Below the pieces are notes generated by a model, which was given only the letters and a program-made list of their open reading frames with translations, ran no database searches and was not told the origin of the DNA. 48,128 nucleotides of DNA from the IMG/VR virus record IMGVR_UViG_2529292716_000011. The stretch is one strand, 5' to 3'. Positions 10,663-22,300 of the stretch are shown one piece after another. Position numbers and translations under genes: made by a program. This DNA comes from a virus. Taxonomy: Duplodnaviria > Heunggongvirae > Uroviricota > Caudoviricetes. Position 1 is the first letter of the stretch. The number at the start of each line of letters is the position of its first letter.

Positions 10663-11192
10663 GTTACCTGGCTAATCAGAATTTATAACCGACACCCACG
10701 ATGAAACCGTCAGTGCGCCAGAGACGTGTTGCTGTGGCGACCGTCATCACTTCCGGTCAGCACATCGTGCGTTTTCCCCTTATTGTCAGTTACGCGGATA
10801 TAATCCCCGGAAAAAGTCGACACACGGCTGTAAGCCACACCCGCCATCGCATACGCGCTGAACCATTCATTCACGCGCACAGACGGCCCCGCCATCACGC
10901 TGAACCAGCGGTTACGCACGGAATCTTCATGCCAGCGGGTATCGCTGTAACGGGTCAGCTGGCGATTCTTGTCTCCTGCATAGCTGAATGACGTCACCAG
11001 CCCCAGCGTATCCGTAAACTCATAACGGTATTTCACGTTAATCCCGTTCAGATCATCACTGCCGGGAACGTTGGTCCGGGCATGAAGATACCCCGCGCTC
11101 AGCGTGGACTGATGTTCAGACGCCCATGCAGGCGCACCGGATACGGCCAGGCAAATGGCTGCGGACAAAATGGCTGCACAAACTTTACGCAT
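10663..11192 (-). pseudogene. lom: lom outer-membrane protein gene, disrupted by an internal deletion/frameshift
   Basis: 160-aa ORF matches the lambda Lom N-terminus up to ...HSNTSLA then stops; the Lom C-terminus (WRTDGFIVGVGYKF) is encoded just downstream in another frame. Confidence 0.7.
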
Positions 11193-11262
11193 AATTACCT
11201 CTCGCTTTTCTGCAATAAAAAAGGCGTCATTCCTGACGCCATTTATTGGGGTTATAAATATT

Positions 11263-14200
11263 TCAACGAATACTGATGCCGGAAGCCGCTTTTTTGGTCA
11301 CAATCACCGTACAGTCGGTGATATTGCCTGCCCCCTGATTGCCTTTCTGGAAAATCTTAAACTCCAGAGTGACGCTACCACCACCACTAGGCATATCAAT
11401 AACTGCACTGTAACTACCGGGAATGGCACCTTTAGTTTCTCTGGATGCGATTAATACGCCGTTTTTGCGAACTTCAAAACCATAACCCGTGTATCGCGTG
11501 CCTCCTGGGTTATTTCCGCTCCCCGGATCGTCATACGCTATACCGTTAAAAATAATGGGCGGAATAATAATCTGGCGGTCAAAGTTATGATCATCGCTTA
11601 TGGTGACTGTAACCGTCCCGTTTGGTGTTTCCGTGTTACCCCACGTACCAGCCTGTTTCGGAAATGATTTGGATACAGCTTTAACGAAGTCACCTCTGAC
11701 CTGAGTCGCCTCCAGCATGCCCTTAATCGTACAGTTTTCATTTACCGTGACATTGTTGAGCGTCCCGGCGTTCGCATTCACACTGCCACTGATATCCGCA
11801 TTTTTAGCGGTCAGCTTTCCGTCCGGAGTCAGGGAAAATGCCGATGGATTTCCACCGCTGGTAATGGTGGGGGCCGTCAGGCGTTTCAGGAACACGTCGT
11901 TCATGAATATCTGATCGCCCTGACCAACAAACATCGGTTTTGTGTTGCCATTCGCAGGATTAACCATCGCAATCCTGTCCGCCGCCAGCAGCACCTGACT
12001 CTGCATGCCGTCAGGGGTGTTCTCAATACCGGCACCAATACCCGCGATATAAAGGCGTCCGTCCTGCATCTGCTGCAGCTTCACAGCCCACATGCTGTTC
12101 AGGTTATTATTTGTATCAACCTGAACCTTCTGTATCTGCTGAATTGCCGCACTCTGGTCTTCCAGTTTCTTATTGACGGTCTGCGTGATTTCATTGCTGA
12201 CATCCGTAATGGACGTCCTGATTTCAGCCAGGTCAGGCGCAAGCTGACCGTTATCAATCTGCGTCCACAGCTCCTGAGCCAGATGGGTTTTCCCTATCTC
12301 GCCTTTGAAAAAATCCAGATAACCGGATGCATCATCACTCGGCTGACCAACAGCCTCCACGAATGCCGATTTGCCAACGGTGTTCACACTGCGGATATAA
12401 AAGTAATAATCATGGCCCGGTTTGATATTGATACTGGCGGCTATCCAGTACAGCGCCGTGCCAAGATAGCGTGCTGTGGTTTCAACCTGCCTGATATCCG
12501 CAATCCGCTTTTCCGAGAACCAGAACTCAAACTGTACCGTCGGATCATAAACCGCAAGATGCGGCGTGGCGGTTATCTGAAAATAGCCCGGCGTCAGCTC
12601 AATCCGCGACAGCGCTGCCGGTGCGGCAATCCGGAACGATACCGACGCCGGATCGCCCTGCTGCCCCCACGCATTTACTGCCCGGACTGTCAGCCTGTAG
12701 TTCCCCAGCGCCAGTTGTGTGAAGCGGTAAGTGGTTTCCGTCGTCCGGGCCGTGCTGACCAGCCGCTCACTGCCGTCATCCGCTGTTACGGTCAGACGGA
12801 GCAGGAAGCTCACGCCCTTCACCACCTTCGGCGTGTCCCAGCGCGCCAGCACCTGATATTCCCCGCTGTCTGCGGTGACTTCGGCAGTCAGGTGCTGCAC
12901 CGCTGGCGGCGTGACACCATTCACCGTGCCGCTCTGGTCGCCGTCAAAGTGCGCCCCGTTATCCACGATGGCTTCTTTTTCCGGCACATGCTGCACGGCG
13001 GTGATGGCATACGTGCCGTCGTCGTTCTCACGGATACTCACGCAGCGGAACAATCGCTGGTGCAGCGTCGGCAGCTTCAGCCCCCACACGCTGTATTCAG
13101 CAACACCGTCAGGAACACGGCTCACTTTTACCTTCACGCCGTCGGTGACGGACTGGACCTCCACGCTGACCGGATTCCCCTGCCCGTCAACCAGGCTTAT
13201 CAGCGTGGTGCCGGAGGATGGCAGCGTGATTTCACGGTCGAGCGTCAGCGTCCGGGTCTGGCTGTTCACCGCCAGCACGCGCCCGCCGGTGCGGATACCG
13301 GCATAGTCATCATCGCAGATTTCAATGACATCGCCCGGTACATGACGAAGCCCTTCAGCACCCACGCTGAAATCCACGGTCTGCGTCTCCAGCAGTTCCG
13401 TTTTAATCAGCCACAGCCCGGCGCGGTGTGCCTGCCCCCGGCTGGTACAGCCAAAGGCATCCATCTTCGTGACGTTACGACCGTAACGGACAATGGCCTG
13501 CGTATCCTCCACAAGCTCTGTCGCCGTCTCCCAGCCGTTATCCGGGTCAATCCAGTTCACCTCAACGGCATTATGGCGGTCTTTCAGGGCGCTGAAACTG
13601 TAGCGGAACGGCGCGCCATCATCCGGCATCACCACATTACTGCGGTTATAGGCCCACACCTTATCCGACTGTCGGTCCTGCACGAACGTCAGCGTCTGCC
13701 CGTTCCATACCGGCATACAGCGCATCGCCGAGCAGAAATCACTGAGCACATCCCACGCCTTGCGCTGTGTGGTCAGCCAGGCATTACAGGTGATGCGCGG
13801 CTCCGTGCTGCCAAAGCCGTCCGGCACCGACTGGTCACAGTACTGGCCGATGACATACAGCGCCCATTTATCCACATCTGCCGCACCAAGACGTTTCCCC
13901 ATGCCATAGCGCGGATGGGTCAGCATATCCCACAGACACCAGGCCATGTTGTTGCTGTATGCCGGTTTTAACGTTCCGTCCCAGATACCGCTGTATTGCC
14001 GCGTCTGCGGATTATAGTTCGACGGCACCTGCAGAATGCGCCCGCGAAGATGATAATTACGGCTCACCTGCTGGCTGCCGAACTGCTCCGAATCCACCTG
14101 TACGCCGACCAGTGCCGTGTTCGGGTAGCACTGTTTCACATCGATGATTTCGGTGTATGACGACCAGAGCGTTTTGTTCTGCAGCTGGTCTGTGGTGCTG

Positions 14201-14760
14201 TCCGGCGTCATTCTGCGCATCCGGATATTAAACGGGCGCGGCGGCAGGTTATCCACCACCACCGAGGCCAGATACTGCGAGGTGGTTTTGCCCTTAATGG
14301 TGATGTCTTTTTCCGTCACCCAGCCACCGTTACGCTGTATCTGAACCAGCAGGCGAACTTCAGACGGATTCCTGTCTCCCTTTGAGGTGGTTTCCACCAG
14401 TGCCTGTACACCGAAGGTAAAACGCAGTCGGTCAATGTTTGCCGACGTGATGGTCCGGGTGATCGGCGTGTCATATTTCACTTCCGTACCCAGCACCGTC
14501 TCGGAGCCGGAGGATTCAAATCCCTCCGGCGGTGACTGCTCCTGCTCACCTGCCCGGAACACCACCGTGACGCCGGAGATGTTGGTATTCCCCTCACTGT
14601 CCAGCACCGGCGTACTGTTCAGCAGCACGCTTTTTAATCCATCCACCGGACCTTCAACCGGCCCTTCGCTGATGGCATCGATCACACTCAGCAGCTGCGT
14701 GGACTTCAGGTTGTCCTTCGCTTCGCGCGGGGTATGCCCCTTACTGCTGCCTTTACCCAT
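11263..14760 (-). CDS. J: host specificity / central tail fiber protein J
   Basis: 1165 aa; lambda J-like throughout, with fibronectin-like repeats and a C-terminal receptor-binding region. Confidence 0.92.
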   Translation of the reverse strand: MGKGSSKGHTPREAKDNLKSTQLLSVIDAISEGPVEGPVDGLKSVLLNSTPVLDSEGNTNISGVTVVFRAGEQEQSPPEGFESSGSETVLGTEVKYDTPITRTITSANIDRLRFTFGVQALVETTSKGDRNPSEVRLLVQIQRNGGWVTEKDITIKGKTTSQYLASVVVDNLPPRPFNIRMRRMTPDSTTDQLQNKTLWSSYTEIIDVKQCYPNTALVGVQVDSEQFGSQQVSRNYHLRGRILQVPSNYNPQTRQYSGIWDGTLKPAYSNNMAWCLWDMLTHPRYGMGKRLGAADVDKWALYVIGQYCDQSVPDGFGSTEPRITCNAWLTTQRKAWDVLSDFCSAMRCMPVWNGQTLTFVQDRQSDKVWAYNRSNVVMPDDGAPFRYSFSALKDRHNAVEVNWIDPDNGWETATELVEDTQAIVRYGRNVTKMDAFGCTSRGQAHRAGLWLIKTELLETQTVDFSVGAEGLRHVPGDVIEICDDDYAGIRTGGRVLAVNSQTRTLTLDREITLPSSGTTLISLVDGQGNPVSVEVQSVTDGVKVKVSRVPDGVAEYSVWGLKLPTLHQRLFRCVSIRENDDGTYAITAVQHVPEKEAIVDNGAHFDGDQSGTVNGVTPPAVQHLTAEVTADSGEYQVLARWDTPKVVKGVSFLLRLTVTADDGSERLVSTARTTETTYRFTQLALGNYRLTVRAVNAWGQQGDPASVSFRIAAPAALSRIELTPGYFQITATPHLAVYDPTVQFEFWFSEKRIADIRQVETTARYLGTALYWIAASINIKPGHDYYFYIRSVNTVGKSAFVEAVGQPSDDASGYLDFFKGEIGKTHLAQELWTQIDNGQLAPDLAEIRTSITDVSNEITQTVNKKLEDQSAAIQQIQKVQVDTNNNLNSMWAVKLQQMQDGRLYIAGIGAGIENTPDGMQSQVLLAADRIAMVNPANGNTKPMFVGQGDQIFMNDVFLKRLTAPTITSGGNPSAFSLTPDGKLTAKNADISGSVNANAGTLNNVTVNENCTIKGMLEATQVRGDFVKAVSKSFPKQAGTWGNTETPNGTVTVTISDDHNFDRQIIIPPIIFNGIAYDDPGSGNNPGGTRYTGYGFEVRKNGVLIASRETKGAIPGSYSAVIDMPSGGGSVTLEFKIFQKGNQGAGNITDCTVIVTKKAASGISIR

Positions 14761-14820
14761 TCGTCATGCTCCATAAACGATAAAACCGCCCGGAGGCGAT
14801 TTCACATAAAACATTTTGCA

Positions 14821-15492
14821 TCAGCGACCAATCACCACAACCTGACCACCGTCCCCTTCGTCTGCCGTGCTGATCTCCTGAGATACCACACGTGACCCCA
14901 CGCGCATTTCACCATACAGAACAGGCATAACATTGCCCTGGGCAACCATGTTATCCAGTGAGGAGAAATAGGTGTTCTGCTTACCGTTATCCGTTGTCTG
15001 TGTGCGGGGAGTTCTGGCTTTCGGTGCCAGCATCTGAGCCACACCGCCGAGCACCATACTGGCACCGAGAGAAAACAGAATGCCGGTCATACCACCGGCA
15101 CCAATGGCAGCCCCCCATGCTGCAAGGGTGGCTCCGGCGGTAAAGAATGATCCGGCAATGGCGGCTGCTCCCAGGACAATCTGGAATACACCACCTGACT
15201 TGGCCCCGGCGACTCTGGGAACAATATGAATCACAGCGCCGTCAGGCAGAGCCTCATGTAACTGTGCCGTTAATCCGGACGTGCTAACATCCTGCCCGGC
15301 AATACGCACCTGATACCAGCCGTCGCTCAGCTTCTGACGAAACGCAGGGAGCTGTGTGGCCATCGCCCGGATGGCTTCGGCACCCGTTTTCACACGAAGG
15401 TCGATGCGGCGGCCAAATCGTTGCAAATCCCCGTAAAGGCAGATGCGTGCCATGCCCGGTGACGCCAGAGGGAGTGTGTGCGTCGCTGCCAT
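14821..15492 (-). CDS. I: tail assembly protein I
   Basis: 223 aa; lambda gpI-like. Confidence 0.92.
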   Translation of the reverse strand: MAATHTLPLASPGMARICLYGDLQRFGRRIDLRVKTGAEAIRAMATQLPAFRQKLSDGWYQVRIAGQDVSTSGLTAQLHEALPDGAVIHIVPRVAGAKSGGVFQIVLGAAAIAGSFFTAGATLAAWGAAIGAGGMTGILFSLGASMVLGGVAQMLAPKARTPRTQTTDNGKQNTYFSSLDNMVAQGNVMPVLYGEMRVGSRVVSQEISTADEGDGGQVVVIGR

Positions 15493-16133
15493 TTGTCGGT
15501 ATACCTCTCTCGTTTGCTCAGTTGTTCAGGAATATGGTGCAGCAGCTCGCCGTCACCACAGTAAATGGCGGCATGATTCGGCACCGATGAACCAAAACAG
15601 CACAGCAGCACATCGCCCGGCTGCGCCGCTGACAACGGCACCTGATACAGCCCTGTGGCCTCCAGATTATCCAGATAGAGATTCTGACCGTGACGCCACC
15701 AGTCATCCTCACGATGAAAATCCGGCATCTCAATCCCCGCCAGATGGTAAGCATCCCGGAACAGCGTGTAACAGTCCGTCACCCCGTGCTCAAAGCGCCG
15801 CCCGGTAAGATGTGGCACACAGCGGAACTTGTGAATCGCCCCCCGGCAGACCAGCCACCACGGCAAATCACTCTGCACCTGCAGCCGCCGGTCGGCCTCA
15901 CTCAGCCAGGGCAGACCACCGGGGTGGCTGTGGACCAGTGCCACAATCTCACCCTGCATCTCTGCCTGCAGCCAGTCTTCCGGCGACATACGGAAATACG
16001 CCTCCGGCTCACCGGAGATATTCACGCAGGGGAAATATCTTTCCCCCTCCGGCGTTCTTACCACGAAGCCGCACGACTCCGCTGGAGCACATCGCCGGGC
16101 GTGCGCCAGAATCGCTGATTCTGTCTCTGTCAT
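15390..16133 (-). CDS. K: tail assembly protein K (JAB/MPN plus NlpC/P60 domains); lambda-annotated start corresponds to 15989
   Basis: ORF open for 247 codons from just after the L stop; lambda K is annotated as 199 aa from the internal Met; overlaps I by about 100 nt as in lambda. Confidence 0.85.
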   Translation of the reverse strand: MTETESAILAHARRCAPAESCGFVVRTPEGERYFPCVNISGEPEAYFRMSPEDWLQAEMQGEIVALVHSHPGGLPWLSEADRRLQVQSDLPWWLVCRGAIHKFRCVPHLTGRRFEHGVTDCYTLFRDAYHLAGIEMPDFHREDDWWRHGQNLYLDNLEATGLYQVPLSAAQPGDVLLCCFGSSVPNHAAIYCGDGELLHHIPEQLSKRERYTDKWQRRTHSLWRHRAWHASAFTGICNDLAAASTFV

Positions 16134-16138
16134 GGGAT

Positions 16139-16837
16139 TTACTGCGAAAGTTTGTTAATGGAAAGGAAGCCGCCAAAGTTGCCGACGTTATTGCGAAACT
16201 TACAGCCACTCAGGCATTTGCTGCATTTATCCTTCGTGATGTCGGACGTTGGCTGGTCATATTCATCCGCGACCGCCGGACCGTGATAACCGCACTCATC
16301 GCCGCGATAGGTCCAGGTGCAGGTGTTGGCCAGCATGATACGTCCCGGAAAAACAGCGCCATCTGTTTCCGTCGGCGTGGACAGTACAAAAGAGGCACTC
16401 ACCGCGCTCAGTTCGCTGCACTGCTCAATGCGCCAGCGGCTGATCACCTCCTGCTCCGGATCGGCGTCACTGTTTCCGTTGACGAAGTTCACCGCATCCA
16501 GAAAACGGGCGTAAACCTTACGCCGGACCACCGTTCCGCCGACCAGACTCTGTAGATCTTCCGCCATCCCGGTGACCATACCGTACAGGTTAGAAACCAT
16601 CAGCGTGGGGCGCGTACTGGTGCCTTTGCCATTCAGTTCAAAACCACTCCCCTGAATGGGATACGGCTGATACTGTCGCCCCTGCCAGGTGACCGGCTCA
16701 CCTTTTTCGTTCTGCTCATTACAGAAAAAATAACGTTCTCCACCGACCTCTGTCAGATCGATTTCCCAGAGCACCACGCTGGCCGACTGCTCCGCACGGG
16801 TGCATTCATTCAGTGTTTCCTGCCGGATATCCTGCAT
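16139..16837 (-). CDS. L: minor tail protein L
   Basis: 232 aa; lambda gpL-like with C-terminal Cys cluster. Confidence 0.92.
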   Translation of the reverse strand: MQDIRQETLNECTRAEQSASVVLWEIDLTEVGGERYFFCNEQNEKGEPVTWQGRQYQPYPIQGSGFELNGKGTSTRPTLMVSNLYGMVTGMAEDLQSLVGGTVVRRKVYARFLDAVNFVNGNSDADPEQEVISRWRIEQCSELSAVSASFVLSTPTETDGAVFPGRIMLANTCTWTYRGDECGYHGPAVADEYDQPTSDITKDKCSKCLSGCKFRNNVGNFGGFLSINKLSQ

Positions 16838-17166
16838 CAGTTCACCACCTGTTCAAACTCTGCGCTGAACTCAACACGCAGCATACTGACCCGCGACGAC
16901 CATTTTGCGCAGGTCACCTTTATCTGCCGCCACTCATAAGGCGGCGTCCACAGAAAGGCTTTCCAGCCCCCGTGCTCTTCCAGAAACGACTCCAGTACCA
17001 TGGCCTCCTCACGGGGGACAGAAAGCGTCACGCTGTACGTTTTCAGGTTGGCATTCAGCCCGGCAGGCGCTCGCTGGGAATAGCCATCACCAAAGCGCAC
17101 CTTTCTTACAGAAGGGGCCGAAGCCACATCCATACCGGGTTTCACTTTCCAGCGGAAGGTTTTCAT
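16837..17166 (-). CDS. M: minor tail protein M
   Basis: 109 aa; lambda gpM-like. Confidence 0.92.
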   Translation of the reverse strand: MKTFRWKVKPGMDVASAPSVRKVRFGDGYSQRAPAGLNANLKTYSVTLSVPREEAMVLESFLEEHGGWKAFLWTPPYEWRQIKVTCAKWSSRVSMLRVEFSAEFEQVVN

Positions 17167-19724
17167 CGTCCACCTCCGGAGAACAGGCCACCATCACGCA
17201 TCTGTGTCTGAATTTCATCACGGGCACCCTTGCGGGCCATGTCATACACGGCCTTCATCATCTGTGGACCTGGCAGACCATTCGTACCGTCGTTCTGAAT
17301 CACCACGTGATTGTTCTGATTAAAATTAATGCCTTCAGCCCGCCGCATCTGCGCCGGACTTCCGGCACCGCCCACATAACCACCTTCCGCATAGCCGCGC
17401 ATCAGCCGGTAGAGATTCCCCACGCCAATCCGGCTGGTTGCCTCCTTCGTGAAGACAAATTCACCACGGTGAACAATCCCCGCTGGCTCATATTTGCCGC
17501 CGGTTCCCGTAAATCCCCCGGTTGCAAAATGGAATTTCACCGCAGCGGCCTGAATGGCTGTACCACCTGACGCGGATGCGCCGCCACCAACAGCCCCGCC
17601 AATGGCGCTGCCGATACTCCCGACAATCCCCACCATTGCCTGCTTAAGCAGAATTTCTGTCATCATGGACAGCACGGAGCGGGTGAAGCTGCGCCAGTTC
17701 TGTTCACTGCCGGTCAGCATCGCCGCCATATTCTGTGCAATACCATCAAAGGTCTGCGTGGCTGCACTTTTAACCTGTGACATACTGTCCGTGGCGCTCT
17801 CTTCCCACTCACTCCAGCCGGACTTCAGGCCTGCCATCCAGCTCCCGCGAAGCTGGTCTTCAGCCGCCCAGGTCTTTTTCTGCTCTGACATGACGTTATT
17901 CAGCGCCAGAGGATTATCGCCATACTGTTCCTTCAGGCGCTGTTCCGTGGCTTCCCGCGCTGCCTGCCGGTCAGTCAGCCCCCGGTTTTTCGCATCAATG
18001 GCTGCCCGTTTTGCCCGTTGCTGCTGTGCGAATTTATCCGCCTGCTGCGCCAGCGCATTCAGGTGCTCCTGATACGTAACCTTGTCACCAAGTGCAGCCA
18101 GCTGGCGTTTGTACTCCAGCGTCTCGTCTTTATGCGCCAGCAGGGATTTCTCCTGTGCGGACAGCTGGCGACGTTGTGCCGCCTCCTCCAGTACCGCGAA
18201 CTGACTTTCTGCCTTCCACAAATCCCGGCGCTGCTGGCTGATTTTCTCATTCGCTCCGGCATGCTTCTCCAGCGTCCGGAGTTCTGCCTGAAGCGTCAGC
18301 AGGGCCGCATGAGCACTGTCTTCCTGACGATCGCCCGCATACACCTTCACGCCGGACTGTTTCGGCTTTTTCAGCGTCGCTTCATAATCCTTTTTCGCCG
18401 CCGCCATCAGCGTGTTGTAATCTGCCTGCAGGATTTTTCCGTCTTTCAGTGCCTTGTTCAGTTCTTCCTGACGGGCGGTATATTTCTCCAGCGGCGTCTG
18501 CAGCCGTTCGTAAGCCTTCTGCGCCTCTTCGGTATATTTCAGCCGTGACGCTTCGGTATCGCTCTGCTGCTGCGCATTTTTGTCCTGTTGACGCTGTTGA
18601 TCTACCCTCTTTTGGGCTGCATCCCGCTCCAGGCGTTTTTTTTCACGATCATCCCAGTAACGCGCCCGTGCTTCATCGTTAACGAAATAATCATCCTTGC
18701 GCAGATTCCAGATGTCGTCTGCTTTCTTAAACGCAGCCTCTGCCTTAATCAGCATCTCCTGCGCGGTATCAGGACGACCAATATCCAGCACCGCATCCCA
18801 CATGGATTTGAATGCACGTGCAGTCCTGTCTGCCCAGGTCTCCAGCGTGCCCATGTTCTCTTTCAGGCGGCGGGTCTGGTCATCAAACCCTTTCGTTGCG
18901 GCCTCGTTCGCCGCCTGCAATGCCCCGGCTTCATCGCCGGAACGCTGCAACTGAGCAACATACGCAATCTGCTCCGCCGTCACGTTATGGAACTGGCGTG
19001 CCATCGCCGTCAGCCCCGACGTCGGGTCTGTGGTCAGCTTCCCGAAGGCTTCAGCGACCTTGTCCACCTCCACGCCGGATGCATAGGAGAAACGCGCCAC
19101 ACTCTGGCTGATGGACGCAATCTGAGCCTCACCGCTTACCCCCGCCTTAACCAGTGCGCTGAGTGACTCGCTGGTCTGGTTAAACGTCAGCCCTGCCGCC
19201 TGCCCGGCTCTGGACAGGACCAGCATACGATCTGCCGTCAGTCCCGCCTGATTACCGGAAAGGACCAGCGTTTTGTTGAAATCGGACAGGGTTGAGTTGC
19301 CCTGATACCAGGCATACGCCAGCGCACCGGTCGCCACCGCCAGCGAGGTGGCCCCCACCATCGGCAGGGTGATCGCGCCGGCAAGCCCCCTGAACATGGG
19401 GATCATCCCGCCGAAGGAGTCCTTAACCTGACCACCCTGTTGCAGCAGGATCAGCCAGGGATTCTGCCCCCCTGCAAGCTGCGTGGCCACGTCGGTGAAC
19501 TGTGCAGGCAGCATACGCATGGCGGCTTTATACTGCCCGACGGAAATCCCCGCTTTCTGTGCAGCCAGCGCCTGTCGGCTCAGCGACTGTTCAACGACTG
19601 CCGCTGTTTTTTTCGCATCACTTTCCGTACCGGAAAAATGACGCCTGACTCTGGCCATCTGCTCGTCAAATCTGGCCGCATCCAGACTCAAATCAACGAC
19701 CAGATCGCCTACCGGTTCAGCCAT
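17163..19724 (-). CDS. H: tail tape measure protein H
   Basis: 853 aa; lambda gpH-like. Confidence 0.92.
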   Translation of the reverse strand: MAEPVGDLVVDLSLDAARFDEQMARVRRHFSGTESDAKKTAAVVEQSLSRQALAAQKAGISVGQYKAAMRMLPAQFTDVATQLAGGQNPWLILLQQGGQVKDSFGGMIPMFRGLAGAITLPMVGATSLAVATGALAYAWYQGNSTLSDFNKTLVLSGNQAGLTADRMLVLSRAGQAAGLTFNQTSESLSALVKAGVSGEAQIASISQSVARFSYASGVEVDKVAEAFGKLTTDPTSGLTAMARQFHNVTAEQIAYVAQLQRSGDEAGALQAANEAATKGFDDQTRRLKENMGTLETWADRTARAFKSMWDAVLDIGRPDTAQEMLIKAEAAFKKADDIWNLRKDDYFVNDEARARYWDDREKKRLERDAAQKRVDQQRQQDKNAQQQSDTEASRLKYTEEAQKAYERLQTPLEKYTARQEELNKALKDGKILQADYNTLMAAAKKDYEATLKKPKQSGVKVYAGDRQEDSAHAALLTLQAELRTLEKHAGANEKISQQRRDLWKAESQFAVLEEAAQRRQLSAQEKSLLAHKDETLEYKRQLAALGDKVTYQEHLNALAQQADKFAQQQRAKRAAIDAKNRGLTDRQAAREATEQRLKEQYGDNPLALNNVMSEQKKTWAAEDQLRGSWMAGLKSGWSEWEESATDSMSQVKSAATQTFDGIAQNMAAMLTGSEQNWRSFTRSVLSMMTEILLKQAMVGIVGSIGSAIGGAVGGGASASGGTAIQAAAVKFHFATGGFTGTGGKYEPAGIVHRGEFVFTKEATSRIGVGNLYRLMRGYAEGGYVGGAGSPAQMRRAEGINFNQNNHVVIQNDGTNGLPGPQMMKAVYDMARKGARDEIQTQMRDGGLFSGGGR

Positions 19725-20151
19725 ACCGGACTCCTCCTGCGATCCCTTCTGATACTGTCATCAGCATTACGTCATCCTCCGTCATGTCCGCCACATCCGG
19801 GGAAGCGGGGATAACTTCATTCCCGTCCGGGCCAAAGCGGACACCTCCGGCAAGCCCTGCCGCTTTCTGCATCAGCACATCATCTTCAGGCTCTTCGTCA
19901 GCCTCGCGCCGGTTCAGCAGACTGAAATCCAGCGGATGCATCTCCGGATCGCTGAAAAACAGGCTGAGCACGGTGTACGTCAGCCCGGAAAAGTGCATAT
20001 CCAGCAGAACATCATGAAAATAATGGGTACTGTAAAAGCGGTGCCAGTCGGCATACTCCGTGGATGACATCCCGGCAAGCATGGCGCGCCAGTCGGGTCG
20101 CCCCATCTCACGCGCCAGTTTCAGGGCAAAACTCAGCTCACCGTCGAACAC
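19717..20151 (-). CDS. T: tail assembly protein T frame (expressed as G-T fusion)
   Basis: 144 aa; reached from G by -1 frameshift at GGGAAAG. Confidence 0.88.
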   Translation of the reverse strand: MFDGELSFALKLAREMGRPDWRAMLAGMSSTEYADWHRFYSTHYFHDVLLDMHFSGLTYTVLSLFFSDPEMHPLDFSLLNRREADEEPEDDVLMQKAAGLAGGVRFGPDGNEVIPASPDVADMTEDDVMLMTVSEGIAGGVRYG

Positions 20152-20555
20152 TTTCCCGCAGAAACAGGCTCTGCAGGCCCGGCGTCCTCTGCCTGTTCAG
20201 GAGCATCATTCACCACAAACTCATACATACCGGACAGCCGGTACACCACGTTTTCAGCATGAGAAATTGCCTCTGTGGGCCAGGTGGTAAGCACTTCCTG
20301 CTCAATCTGTTTAACGGCTTCATTCATGGACGGCATCTGCGTCTTCTTCGGATGGTTATGCCACAGGGACATCGCAACCACAAAAGCGCCGGTTCTGATG
20401 GCGTCTTCCACAGTAAACTTCCGGTTGCTGTCTGACTCCGCCTGTTCTGCCTGCCGTTTCATCAGGTCGAGATGCTCAATACGCTGCAGGGCTGACAGTT
20501 CAGAAAGCGTGACGGTCACACCGTTATGTTCAAATGATTCGGTTTTCAGGAACAT
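20133..20555 (-). CDS. G: tail assembly chaperone G
   Basis: 140 aa; lambda gpG-like; ends AGKCSTVS just past the slippery site. Confidence 0.9.
   Translation of the reverse strand: MFLKTESFEHNGVTVTLSELSALQRIEHLDLMKRQAEQAESDSNRKFTVEDAIRTGAFVVAMSLWHNHPKKTQMPSMNEAVKQIEQEVLTTWPTEAISHAENVVYRLSGMYEFVVNDAPEQAEDAGPAEPVSAGKCSTVS
20141..20147 (-). other. programmed -1 ribosomal frameshift slippery heptamer GGGAAAG (G to G-T fusion)
   Basis: ctttccc on the plus strand; shifting -1 here joins the G frame to the T ORF (GKVFDGELSFALKLA...). Confidence 0.85.
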
Positions 20556-20570
20556 CGCTGACTCTCCGGA

Positions 20571-21311
20571 TTAACTGGCGGTGACGTTGATTTCTGCAAC
20601 CGCAGCAAACTCACCATTACCAGATACGACCGGAATGTTGACCTTGCCTGCAGCAACACCTTTCACGGTGATGGTCATACCACTGACCGACACGGTGGCT
20701 TTTGTTTTATCCGCAGACACCGCACGGAAGCTCTTGTCGGTTGCGCCATCCGGCTGGAATGCCACGGTCAGCGTGGTGCTCTGCCCTTTCACTACGGAAG
20801 CACTGGCGGGTGTCACCGTCATGCCGGTCGTCGCCGTCACCGTGCTGCGATCTTCTGCCATCGACGGACGTCCCACATTGGTGACCTTCACCGTGCGGGT
20901 AATCACCTCCTTCGCCGTCACCGCCTTACCGATACTGCTGACCCAGCCACGGAACACATCGACCGTGCCGTTCGGGAAGCGGATTTTATAGGCACGGGTA
21001 TCACCTTCATTAAACCACGCCAGCAGCGCCTGCTGCCCCTGCTCTCCGGGCATCCACGCCAGCGTGAAGCTGGTATCTCCGGCAGATTTCTGCCCCTGCC
21101 CGGTCGCAGTCCAGTCTGCATCTTCATCATCGAGATAGCTGTCGTCATAGGACTCAGCGGTCAGTTCGCCGGGCGTCAGGTCTTTAACTTTTGCCAGACG
21201 CGACCAGTCAACGTCTGAAAGCGGGTTCGCATAAGGGTCACCGCTCCCCTTATAAACCCACAGGGTGGTCCCGGCACCTTTCACCGGCATTGTAGGATTT
21301 GGTACAGGCAT
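20571..21311 (-). CDS. V: major tail protein V with C-terminal Ig-like domain
   Basis: Start taken at [12 protein letters not shown] (246 aa), 7 nt after the U stop as in lambda. Confidence 0.92.
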   Translation of the reverse strand: MPVPNPTMPVKGAGTTLWVYKGSGDPYANPLSDVDWSRLAKVKDLTPGELTAESYDDSYLDDEDADWTATGQGQKSAGDTSFTLAWMPGEQGQQALLAWFNEGDTRAYKIRFPNGTVDVFRGWVSSIGKAVTAKEVITRTVKVTNVGRPSMAEDRSTVTATTGMTVTPASASVVKGQSTTLTVAFQPDGATDKSFRAVSADKTKATVSVSGMTITVKGVAAGKVNIPVVSGNGEFAAVAEINVTAS

Positions 21312-21318
21312 AGCGTCC

Positions 21319-21714
21319 TCACATTTCATAGATAATGACATAAGTCAGATCGGCTGAACTCCACAGGCCCGCATCATCGTCGCGCCGGTAGTCATAGCCG
21401 CTGGCCACCATACTGGTGATCAAATCTGACAGTGCCGGGATATCGCTCATCACCGGATAAATCCGGGACTCCATCCACGAATCCAGCTCTGAATCCGGCA
21501 CCTGAGCAGGCAGGAAAACTTCAATATGCAGCTCCGCCTGCCAGGTATCGCTGTCCAGCTCTTCGCCCGTGTATTCAGCGCCGGTGAGATAAACGGCAAT
21601 TGCCGGAAAATCTTCCTCATCAAAAACAGCGGGGCGACCATCAAAAAGCGTCGCCCCGGTGTCATGCTTCTCCAGTGCATCCAGTACGGCTGCACGGAGT
21701 TCAGTATGTTTCAT
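21319..21714 (-). CDS. U: tail terminator protein U
   Basis: 131 aa; lambda gpU-like. Confidence 0.92.
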   Translation of the reverse strand: MKHTELRAAVLDALEKHDTGATLFDGRPAVFDEEDFPAIAVYLTGAEYTGEELDSDTWQAELHIEVFLPAQVPDSELDSWMESRIYPVMSDIPALSDLITSMVASGYDYRRDDDAGLWSSADLTYVIIYEM

Positions 21715-22289
21715 CGCTTTATTACCATTCTCAGTTGATGCTGCAGCGCATAGCCCAGCTCTTTCGGAAGACGTTCACGCCGTATCCGTTCAATATTCTG
21801 TTTAAACGCCGTGGTCAGCGGCACCGCCATCGGGATTTTCACCACATCAATGGGGTAACGGTTTTTCCCGGCCACACGCTGCATAACATGCCACCGGCCG
21901 TTTTTCAGTTGCTGAATAAACGCGCCGGGAATACGACGGTTACCCACCACAAGCACGCTGCCGCCACCTTTCAGGGATGAACGCTGCCCCTTTTTATGAC
22001 GCCTGCGGCGGGACAGGACAACCCGCGCATTACCCAGCTTGATTACGGGCAAATCCCCCCGGTTAACTTTGATTCTGGCCTGCGGATTTTTGACCGTGGC
22101 CCTTTTCAGCCTGGCCCTTTCCTTTACCAGTTTCCGGCGTACCTTTGTCTCACGGGCAACCTGTGACGCAGACTGCGATATCGCGGATGAAGCAACGCGG
22201 TTAATGGCCATTGCGGCGGCACCGGGCACCGCCGTTTTGCTGATACGGCTGAGGTTTTCAACGGCCTGCTCAAGACCTTTTATGGCCAT
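21711..22289 (-). CDS. Z: minor tail protein Z
   Basis: 192 aa; lambda gpZ-like. Confidence 0.92.
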   Translation of the reverse strand: MAIKGLEQAVENLSRISKTAVPGAAAMAINRVASSAISQSASQVARETKVRRKLVKERARLKRATVKNPQARIKVNRGDLPVIKLGNARVVLSRRRRHKKGQRSSLKGGGSVLVVGNRRIPGAFIQQLKNGRWHVMQRVAGKNRYPIDVVKIPMAVPLTTAFKQNIERIRRERLPKELGYALQHQLRMVIKR

Positions 22290-22300
22290 ACATCCCCCTT

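Noticed and set aside
12283-13971. 562-aa ORF on the plus strand inside J
   Set aside because: Antisense to a clearly conserved gene and Arg/His/Pro-rich with no recognisable domains; a typical spurious antisense ORF
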